A stretch of 64,000 bases of DNA. Origin: Fimbriosthenelais zetlandica (taxonomy: Eukaryota). Of the stretch, positions 29,617-40,243 are shown in pieces. The notes beneath the pieces were generated by a model. The model was given only the letters and a program-made list of their open reading frames with translations, was not told the origin of the DNA and made no database searches. The stretch covers positions 15,562,001 to 15,626,000 of the forward strand of contig OZ365116.1 in assembly GCA_977030845.1 (NCBI GenBank). The letters are read 5' to 3'. Both the position numbers and the translations under genes were made by a program. Within the stretch, counting starts at the first letter, position 1, and every line of letters begins with the position of its first letter.

Positions 29617-29742
29617 TGACGTCATTAAACTGGACGGTAAAACAGCAGAGCGTCTCAACTCAGCATGACCAATTAGAGGTGACAATATGAGTGATAATTG
29701 TACAATATATAGCACTCCGTTATCCCCGCCTCCCTCACTATA
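29617..29742 (+). promoter_or_regulatory. Putative sim core promoter: CRE, CCAAT, TATA, GC-box, Inr
   Basis: TGACGTCA 29617-29624; CCAAT 29669-29673; TATATAG 29706-29712; CCCCGCCTCC 29724-29733; Inr-like CTCACT whose A (29737) lies 31 nt after the first T of the TATA. Spacing is canonical, and a CpG-rich ATG-free leader follows until 29955. Confidence 0.5.
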
Positions 29743-29909
29743 CGCCACTTGCTCCTCGCATTCTCTCCTCTTTGCAATAACTCGCCAGAACAAAGCTTTA
29801 AAGGAGAATTGTCGTCTGTTCAATCGTGACGTGAGACACGGCGGGATTCGCAGCGTCCCGCGCGGAAATAAACACGTTCTGTTTGCTTTGAAGTGTGAGG
29901 AGAGGGCGT

Positions 29910-29927
29910 GAGGAGGAGGAGGAGGAG
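29910..29927 (+). repeat. (GAG)6 microsatellite in the putative sim 5' leader
   Basis: GAGGAGGAGGAGGAGGAG read directly. Confidence 0.9.
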
Positions 29928-29954
29928 GCAGCGATCCCTGCCTATATAGCTGGC

Positions 29955-29972
29955 ATGTCTCAGGAGGATTGA
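29955..29972 (+). other. Short upstream ORF (MSQED*) in the putative sim leader
   Basis: ATG TCT CAG GAG GAT TGA, in frame with ATG 29985 and ending 12 nt before it. It is a uORF only if the TSS lies upstream of 29955. Confidence 0.35.
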
Positions 29973-29984
29973 GACCGACTCACA

Positions 29985-30025
29985 ATGACTGTGCTGACGG
30001 CAGTAGAGGCGGGGGATCCCGTGAG
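29985..30025 (+). CDS. Putative upstream coding first exon of sim (MTVLTAVEAGDPV-R)
   Basis: CACA-ATG (A at -3) at 29985, then 41 open nt ending at a strong donor GAG|GTGAGC (30026). Its phase 2 matches the single leftover nt at the start of exon 37815, giving an uninterrupted frame into MKEKSK. This is inferred from splice signals only; the peptide is not recognised by homology. Confidence 0.45.
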
Positions 30026-32166
30026 GTGAGCATACAGCGCGCTCACCACCTGGGGACGGACTGGGGTTGGTATGTTGATTTTAGACAAAAACCTCACAGT
30101 GGGTACAGTGGGTTACTCTCCTCTAAATGCTCTAATGGAAATTAAATTTCAACTCTGAAAAGGTCTTTTATGTGATGAACTGTAATTAGTTCTTCGCATA
30201 TTCCAAATAGAGCGAAAATATATTAATTAACTGGTCGCACCAGAGGCATCATTCCTGGCAATATTTGGTCCATGAATATTTTTATCTATAAAAATAAGCG
30301 TGATCCCAGGAAATTAATTAGAAAAGAAGCAATCTTTTCCCATGATTGATATAATCAAACTAGTCTGATAATGGATTGTTAAATGGGTCTTTAAATAGAT
30401 CACGAGAGCTGCCAGCAAATGAAGCAGAAAATCTACAAAGCCTAACAAGATGGCGGGCCATATTGTAACAGTAGGGGGACATCACCCCCAGCCCCCCGTC
30501 ACCACGCCCCCCTTTAATTTGCCTCTGGGGAGGGGGAGGCCATGGCACGGGTGCTTGTGAGGAGGTTTTTAGCCAGGTTAAAGCCCTTGGTAATAGGGCG
30601 GTGGATGGGGTGTTGTAATAAGGGTTATTGTGTGGGGGTAATGAGGGGTGTAAGTAGGGGTAGTCACTACTCTCACCAGTCTAACCTTCCTTTAACAACT
30701 CACCACTCTTATTCCATCCACCAGTTGATGTTTCCTCAACCCATCTACTTTACATTTGCCTCACTTTGTTCTATGAAGGACAATAAAGACCTGAGGCTAT
30801 AGTTTATAATCATATGACAATCTATCATATGTGATACAACATAACGGCACCCTCCATTATGCCCGTCACGAAGGGCAAACCCTTCAATTCTTTTAAGTCA
30901 ATTTGATGCAAAAATGAAAGAGAAAATAATGCATTTGAACCTGATTGGCGGCTAGCACTTTCATATGGTATGCATGCATGATTGAAAAGAAACAGTATGG
31001 ACCCCATGCATATTGCATTTAGCTTTATGGCATAATATTGCGTCATTACAAAACGTATCTTTGGAGAAATAGTTTATCGAAATTGCACACAAAATAATTC
31101 ATGAAAGGAAGAAGTAATTTTTCTACTGCAGAGATGGATATAAAAGCCTTAATCGAAAATAATAGTGGCAAAAGCCCTATTCTTCATTAGGAAAGGGAAA
31201 AACTATTTAATAAATGCATTAAATTGTGTCTGTTGCACGAATGTAGGATATGAAGGGATATGGAAGCCCATGTGAATTATTATCAGAGGCAGCCATCAAA
31301 CTATCCATTTTTCCAGCATTATCTGGGGATTTCACTATAAAACCTGTCGCATTTGACTGTTTTGTTTTCTTGTCCTCGTCCAGGGAGATTTTTATGTTGT
31401 GAGCTGTGGTTTGGGGTTAGAATGGATTGCAGTGATAGGTTTTATTCACGCCAGCAGCTCAAAAACAGCCAAAGTGTTGCTTCATGTCCAGATGAGGAAG
31501 GTTTCAGCGTTTTTACTTCATGAAAAAGGGTGAAGCTTTAATAGGAAACGACTGAAGGGTGGAAGGATGGAGCGACCAGGGAGAGGCTGCATGGGCAAGG
31601 TACAGAGGGAATGTGGGGTACACGCCCTCAGAGCACTCACTGACCAATCACAGCGCGGCCACCACGTGATTGATGGGAGCTGCTTGCAGACGACATTCAT
31701 CGTCGCACCTTGTACCATCATCTCTGGCGTTCCCACTCTCCCGACCTACCGACCACTTGGCTTTCTATCCCCCGCCAATAAATTATGCGCGGTTTCCTTT
31801 TAGGAATTATTCTGAGAGGGAAATATAATCGCCCCCAACGGGTCGCGACTGGTACTTGTGGTTATGACCGAGTGCCTGCTGAAGGTGAGACATAAACTGG
31901 GAGAAAATAAAAATCTTTAATACTCCAAGTTTCATCTATTTCCGACACTAGAGTTTTCAGGAAATATCTCACAAACTCCACAAAAGTAATGAAAGGGCGA
32001 AACACTTCTGGAAAAGAACCGTGTCTGCTTTAATTTCAAGAGAAAGCGGATTGGCAATGAATAAAACTAACATCATGTGATATTAATACGAGTGAAATTA
32101 ATCACAGTGAAAGTACCTGTAGAGGCTGCTGACACCTCGCGGCCAGGCGGCGAGTTATTCCCCAGG

Positions 32167-32232
32167 GAGTAGGAGGAAGAGGAGGAGTAGGAGGGACCAG
32201 AGGAAGGAGGAGGAGAGTGAGAGAGAGAGAGT
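32167..32232 (+). repeat. Purine-rich low-complexity tract (GGA/GA repeats)
   Basis: GAGTAGGAGGAAGAGGAGGAGTAGGAGGGACCAGAGGAAGGAGGAGGAGAGTGAGAGAGAGAGAG read directly. Confidence 0.8.
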
Positions 32233-35200
32233 GTGGATATTGGCGCGGGTGTTGACACTCCTTGCTAGTGGTTGAAGCAGAGAGGTCCCACAGTTCTATC
32301 CCTACATCCAAACCCCCTGAGCACTCTAACGGTGGCTGTGTGAGTGAGGGAGTGAGGTGTCACAGGCACACACACACTCTTTACTGCCTGCATACAGCAG
32401 TCAATTTCTTCACTCTCACTTCTGCCAGCAAGGGGGACGAATGACACTGGAGAACCAACTTTACTACTGGCTACTGTAATACAAGCCAAGACGTGCATTT
32501 GACAGAATCGCCAACACATATTTACCACATTATTTCTACCTCTTCATATCAAGTCCTGCGTACCGTTAAATCAAATCTCAAATCAAGGATTCCAGGTGCG
32601 TGGACGTATATATACGGAGAAGGGCATTTAGTAATACACCAGGACGGACCTGTAGAACTCACAGGATTCCCAGAGAGAACATTTATAATATTTAACGCCT
32701 GGATTTGAATACTCATCTGGAGTTAATCTCTCTCAGATTTAGGGTGCTCAGGATTTATATATATCCCAGGATATATAGACACCCAGGGTGGCGCTAGCAT
32801 TACAAACCCTGGAATAAATCGGGTGAGTGTGAACACAGATTACGAGCTCAAAATTAAAACGATCTTATTTAAAACAAATCATTTTTGGCACACAAATCAT
32901 TACCCCAAACCAGATAATGTATGCAATGCACGAGTATGTAAGACATTAATAACTGGAGACTAATTAGTTGGTGTATATATCTGAGGATTCCTCCAGGGGT
33001 TTTTGTCTACCAGTGTGTGTCATCAGGAGGAGGAGGACTGACCATTGGACGTGACCAGTGAATGGTGTATAGAGGCGGGTATATATATGACGCACCGCGT
33101 CCTCCAGCACCGTGACTACCACTGATTCTATACGTCCTCCAGTACGTGACAACCTGCTGGAGGGGCAGTGAGAGAGAGCGTGACTCGAGGCTGGCTGCAT
33201 GATATACACGGACTATATACCATCACCTATAACAAGACATCATCTCATACCACTAACACCCATACCCTGCCTCATCCACCCACTATACACCACCTCTGAT
33301 ATCTTGTCGCTACTATAACTGGGTTATATATTTATTGACTTTTTTCTGGTCTTTACTCTCAAGACATGACTTCCAGTTATCTCGTCAAGATTTCAACCTC
33401 GAGGAACTTCAACCGACAATCAACACGGGAATTATAAAAGGTACACACCACTATTATATACTCATAACTTATTTTCCTGATTGTTTTAGTATTCTTTTCT
33501 CATGGTAATACCAAAGAATAATAACAGCTGATAACGTACTGATAATAAGAACATTGCTTCACCAAATATGTTTTTGAAATTGAACTATAATTTAAGGAAT
33601 TTCGCGTCCTGTTTTCTCCTATGTCATATATATGGCAATAATCCCTAATTAATTTATGATCATCATCTCCACAGTTTACCCTTGATTTACATTAATAATT
33701 TCTACTCGTTTTTGATATGTTATGAATGTCACAGATTAAGGTAAGGATGACAATGATCTATGTTACTAAATTGTAACTGACCATGCCGTTTGTGGCGCCT
33801 GACTTGTTAGTACCCTGTTTAATGTAAAATAAGATAGATGAGGTCTTTGTTTGGATATCAAGGTTGGAGGAGGGTGAGGTTGGGATGGGAGCTCAGGGCT
33901 GTACCTCAGTGTGGGACGTTGGGACGGGAGGGGTGAGGCTAGTGAGGGGGTTGGTCTGTGGGTTCTTTTGTGGTAGAGTCAAAAAATGGTGGCGACCTTG
34001 TGATGTGGTCGGCGCCCAGGGTACAAGAGTGTGATATTATGATAGGACAACACTGTCAGTTTCTTGGACAGGAAACACAAGTGAAATCCGACAAGAATAT
34101 AATTAGTGTACCATATAATTCATCTTAAATCATGACCTATATGGGCAATTGGGTAAACTTGTGAAGCGCCATAGTTTATTCAATCCAAACTAATGAATAT
34201 AAGGAAAGAAATTTATAAAGAAAACCTCACAGTTTACCATGAGAAGTGGGCCCTTTTGTCGCGGCGATATACGCGTCTGTTTCAGGCGCCAAAACCCTCA
34301 CTGCTATATACTACTCGCGACGCGCACTGCTGAGGGCATTGCCCTTCTCATGTAACGGTATATCTGGTTATTCATTATAACAGATTTTACTCATTCAAAT
34401 GAGGTTTCTGTGCAAATGCCTGTAGCATATTTTTTCACGGGACCACTTAGTAAGTAATAAGAGCCTGTAATTCTGTTCAGGGACCAATTTTCAGGTTATT
34501 TTTTGATCTGGGGAAAAAGTGTTTCTCCCAATCATTTAAAAGTCGGGCGCTAATGCCTTCTTTACACACATTCCCCACAGGAGTAAAGAGAGGCTGTGAA
34601 ATGCCTTTCTGCTTTACCTACCACTGGGTTTCTATCGATCTGGCGGGGACAAATTTACAAGAGTTGACGGCAAGTGTTGGGGGAGGGAACCTGATCTGGG
34701 TGGAGGAGAAGGGGGAGTGGGTGAGTGTGTCGGCGGGCCCCCACAGCCTTCCCCGCCGATAGAGTTTACCTCTGTCACCCGAGCCTCTCCCCGCGGGTCG
34801 GCGCGCCCGGTCTATGTGTTCACCAGCTACTTGGACGTGTAGGCTAACATAGAGAGGCTGACAAGCCATCCTCCACACACCCAGGACTGCCTGTGTGCCT
34901 CTCTGTGTATTTAACGCGCTAGCTTCTCTCCTCTCTCTCTCCCTCCCAATAGTAGAGAGCTTGTAGTGTCAGTGGACAGACACGATGAGAAGAGATTACC
35001 AGAGTAAGGTTTACTCATGGCAGTACATGCATGCATGATCCTCCCAGCTTGAAACTCTCAACTTGTCACATGTATACATGTCACCTCAGCTTTAATACCG
35101 CTCTCTTCTTGCTGTATACCTGGAGGAAGGTAAGGCTCCACATTCACCACAGCAACTTTTTGTCGTTAGATTCTGTTTCTGTTTTGAAAGCCCGGAGGAA

Positions 35201-36722
35201 ACAAAAAATATTCCGCGACAAGGAATTGAGGATTGATTTTTGCAACGTTTCTGTTTATGGATAGAATTCATTGGGGAATTCCCTCTTGTGGAATTCAATA
35301 TCAACTTCATCGAAACAAAATAACAGAGCAGTGACTGATTGAACGGTCAATCGCCAAGTATCAATGGATGAAGTGGGACTCAAGAACAGGGAAATAGCAA
35401 TATATTCACTGATACTAATGCCATGCGTGTCATTTCACATGCCCCTCATAGACTCACTGAATTCAGTGAGAAGCACTGATGGCTAATATAGGAACTCTCC
35501 AACCGGATTCATTTGCAATCAATCAACTGATTTTTATTGACATAAACTGTGATTTATTGCCACTTAAGTGGCTGGTATTGGTGTGTTTTAACCTGTAAGC
35601 CAGGTAGGTGGGTATGGTGGAGAGAGGTAGCAGCGGCGCTATATGCAGGCATGGTGGGTGGATCTGGTGAAAGGATATATTGATTCTCCCTACCAGAGAC
35701 TTAATCTAATTCCAATCATTCAGCAGCAGGGCAAGGGGTTTTGTCACCCCAGAATAATCAACAGAATGCGGCAGTAGAGTTGATTCAAACCAAGGTAAAA
35801 ATACATTAAATATGACAGATTAGTTCCAGGTAGGATGAAAATATCTCATCAAGTGTTGGACCTCTGGTCTGAATCATGGCTTATCATGTCTTAGCGCTAC
35901 AAGTCCTAAATCTTCAGCAAATCATTTACATGGTCATAAAAACAGCTAGAGGCCAACACTTGGCTTCAAAATACAAGCTACTTCAGAAAACACTCGTGCC
36001 TCCCTCCAACGACCGTGGTTTAAACTGAATGTAACACATCATGTTGATTGAGTGGAGACATACAAACTGAATTCTGAAGACAGTTTATACACCTATTTCC
36101 ATATCATACATTCATGATTAAATATCTAAATTAAAAGATTAATTCTAATCCCGAAGAAAATGTTTATGTATGAGTTTGTAAATACTAATTGAAAACCTAA
36201 TAAGCAATGTCAATTCTATTCCATTGTGGCAAACAAGGACCAATGTGAACCAAGAGATGCAATCTCTTTACACAGTTGCTCAAAACACATAAATATGGAA
36301 GGGGGTAACATGAATAACCCCCATGGTATCATTTGGTATCCACGTCCTAAACCCTCAGCCCGTCAACAAGCCAAACATCACCCCTTAACCCTGCCCCTGC
36401 CGCCCAGACTCCACCCTTACACTGTAATGCTACAGGTTACAGGCCACCAGGGTCTTACAGCTCAGCTGGGATGCGATTCATAAACAACGCGCACATTACC
36501 TAATAGTTCTATACGGTTAAATGTGCCGCATTTCTATAAACACAAAGACAGTGATCATCAATACATTCTCTTCCATCTCTCCTCCCACTTTCTGCCTGCT
36601 AATTCTTCTCCTTTCCTCAAGGCCAGCAATGTTTGAAATATGCAGCGACCCGGTAGTAATGGTGAGAACCAGAGCCGGGGCTGAGGCAGTGATACCCCGG
36701 CTGAGAGGGTGACTAGAGGCCC

Positions 36723-36745
36723 GGGGAGGGGGAGCAGGGCTGGGC
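36723..36745 (+). other. G-quadruplex-compatible motif ~1.1 kb upstream of the bHLH exon
   Basis: GGGG-A-GGGGGG-AGCA-GGG-CT-GGG. Confidence 0.5.
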
Positions 36746-37794
36746 CTGCTACCATGGTCCACATCACCCCAACTCTTATCTCTTTTTATATATTATAGCG
36801 ATGTTTTTATCATTTCAATCAATCAATTTAGGAATATTATCAGTGGATATATAAACTAAGCTACTAGTGCATGTTAAGATATATAAATGGCTCATTTTCT
36901 GGTGGTCACTGTCAAGTATTTCTGCATGGAATATAAGGTTGCATGGCAGTAGGAGCACAGCTGTCCTTCTCCCCATCACTTCATACCTGTCTCTACCAAT
37001 AATAGCAGACATGCAGCATCGCCGCCTACCAGCAATCGATACCCCCAATAGAGCCTCTCCACAAACAGACAAGATGAATTTTAGAGATGGCTTTAGAACT
37101 GTTGGCCAGTAGTGGAGGTTTTTGTGTGCCTGGCTGACGCATTATATAGCCAGGAGCCACAGAAACCCATCAGATAATATTGAACAAGATGTTTTTATTA
37201 AAAAGAATGGGAAGTCTTTTGTCCTAACCCCTCTTGAAAACAAAATTTATATTTTAATTTAGCGTATAGGAATGCTCAAATATTTCAAATGTAGATTGAT
37301 GCCATCGACTTACAATAACATCACATTCATTCATTCTGGGCCCAAAAGTAAAGCCCTCTCGACTACCCTAATTTTCTGAGGTTACCGGTCTATCAAAGGA
37401 CTTAGTGTATATTTGGTTAGATTTTCAGTAGTGACTGGGTCAGGTTAATCTGACACCTCAGTGCACTGATTTACCTGCGTGCCTCAATCAGCTGTGGGCG
37501 CGCTACAAGGGCGTGACAATCGTCATGTGGCCGGGGCTCAACTCAAACTGTCTCAGTGAAATGAGGGCACATACATATAGTATAACATAAACAGATGCCT
37601 GTACATGCCTCCACTGGCCACTATATGTATCTATAACAGATTATTAATTAAAATGTTTTTTTCGGCAATATGCCCGGCCCCATATAGGTTCATTGTATGC
37701 TAGTTTTCTCTTTATTTCCCTTCTTGGATAAATCATTCTGTTTAACCTTTTATAGTGAGAATGATCAAATTAATATTAATTAAATAGATCATGA

Positions 37795-38085
<291 letters not shown>

Positions 38086-39629
38086 TGAGATGACTCGCTC
38101 TTTGGGAAAAGGGGCCAATATATACTGCATCCTTTGGTAATTCAGATTAAACCATTTAAAATATCTGAATAGTATGGATTTATATAGAGGCCAAGTGATC
38201 AATAGATGAGAAAATGACCAAAGTCCGGCTTCCCTGCACGGACCTCATTGTGAAGGGAATGTGAGATGAATAAATTGGTCGACATTGTACATTGCCCTCT
38301 CTCGTGAAATAGAGTTCATCTGCTTCAATTACAGGTTCAGTTACACGAGTAACATGTGTCACAATGCGAGCATGCCGGGCATGTTCACAAAAATACAACC
38401 AACAAATAACTAGTTCATTTGGTAGTATAGGCAAAAAGTGTTCTGGGTTTCTGCATGGTGAAACCAAGAAATCCGAACATTTATCTTATTAAATGCATTT
38501 AAATGATATATCATCATTATCTGTTGTTTTGACAAATGTAACATAGATTGCACCTATATCTGGAGGAGAGTGTTAGCCCCTGACCCACGGTGAGGGGATC
38601 ATGATGCCATTGGCTGAGTCTTATCTAATGAGAAATGAGGGTAGGTTGGCAGGCAGGGTGAATGAGCCAGGACAAAATGTCCCCCGCCCCTGGCGTCTAC
38701 AGCCTTCTAACTCCTCCCGCCTTCACCGACACTGTATGAGCACTGGAATGTGAAGACTAATCTGAGAGAGACGTGCCTCCCTCCACTCCTCCAGCGAGTC
38801 CACGCCCTGCAGGCTTACACACCTGACTGGAGCTAATGGGCCGGATGATAATACAGGTCAGTCATCAAGACAGATACCCAGCTAGTCTGGACTCACCCAA
38901 CATTAGACATGTATACCTAGCCACCAAATCTCCACAAAATACCCAAATACATGCTGCTTAGAGCCAGCCCCGACAATTCAATTCCTCATTGGAACAATTG
39001 ATTTGGGGAAATACATTGGTAAGGGACATGGAAAATGATAGATGATTTACCGGGCGTCACAAGCAGGACATGTGTAAAAGTCTGCAATGACTAGGACTGT
39101 TTATGGCATTTATAATTGGATATTGATAGGTGAAGATTTAGGAGGACTAAGTGGATGTGTGTCATCCATCCGTCCACCTTGTTGCCGACAAGAAAAATAG
39201 CCAGAGGACAAAATTAACGGCGAGGTATTTACAGGGCGTCAGATTTGATTAATTCACCAGATGGGTCCTCACTTAAAATGGACATGACAATATGGGACGG
39301 GGACAAGTGGGGGACAGGGTGGAGACTGGAGGGCGTGGGGTGTAAAGCACATTCCTCCAGATTTCTACCCATCCAGTCAATTTAGGAGTAAGGAAATATC
39401 TTTGGATTACAAAAAATAAGAGGCGGAATGAAGGTTTGATAATGATAGTGGATGGCTTTTCAAGATGTGGCGACTCTTTATTTAATGAAGCTGGCCAGGA
39501 TTCGTACGACTTGACTATATAACCAATGACAAACCACACCGGCCCTTGATCACGAGGGTTTAAAACCTTTTCCCATTGTCCCGCCTATCCTATTCTCCAG
39601 GGTCTCTGCCTCGCGCCACCTATGGGGCT

Positions 39630-40110
39630 CATCTCAAACCACCAAACGCCCCCTAACGTCGGCTACTGGCGCTAGGCTACAAGCGCCACCTACCGACCGA
39701 GATAGAGACATCATCCGGCGCCCCTCAACCCGGCCACTGTCACCATGAGAAAACATAATTAGTATTTCCCACGCCGGGATCCTTTTGTGGCTAAATTGGC
39801 TTCGTTTAGAGGCCGGTAACGAGGGAGTAGGGAAGGCGGGCAACAGGTGCGCGAGTAGCGGGCGCCATGAGCGCGGGCAGGAGGAGGGGCAGTGGACGCG
39901 GCAGGACAGGCGGCTGGCAACCACCGCCAATTACCGGCCACTTGAAGGGCACGAGGCGGGCGGCTGGCCGGCGGACGACCGGCCAGGTGTGGTGGGGGGA
40001 AGGATCAAGCCCGGATCCCTGTAAACCCGCGTAATGATCGCCAGATAATCGCCACTAAAATAGGCGAGCGACAGGCTGAAGCGACAGAGGAGGAGGGCGG
40101 AAAATAGGGA
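39630..40110 (+). promoter_or_regulatory. CpG-island-like GC-rich element in the sim intron
   Basis: Among the most GC- and CpG-dense stretches in the window, with no credible protein in any frame. Contains TTCCCACG (39766-39773), CAGGTG (39844, 39984), GGCGCC (39717, 39861) and CCACTTGA (39938-39945). Confidence 0.55.
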
Positions 40111-40144
40111 GATGTAATGATAAAGGACTGGAGGAGGCGAGGTA

Positions 40145-40243
40145 GGGGCAGGGTGACAGGGGGTAGAGGGTAATGATGGCGAGTATTGTTATAACAGAGA
40201 AAGAGGCACAGAGAGAGAGGGGGGGGGGGGGTGGATGGGAGGG
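40145..40243 (+). repeat. G-skewed tract: canonical G4 motif plus (GA)n and G13 run
   Basis: GGGG-CA-GGG-TGACA-GGGGG-TAGA-GGG at 40145-40170; G13 at 40219-40231. Confidence 0.65.

Noticed and set aside
29943-29984. Second TATA-like word (CTATATAG) as the sim promoter
   Set aside because: The nearest Inr-like A (29982) is 39 nt away and would leave a 3-nt leader. CTATATAG-type words are frequent in this window, and the 29706/29737 pair fits better.
39321-39420. GDWRAWG... resembling sim exon 2 (GLGEAWG)
   Set aside because: No acceptor in the required phase, no ELGSHLLQ, and a stop soon after.
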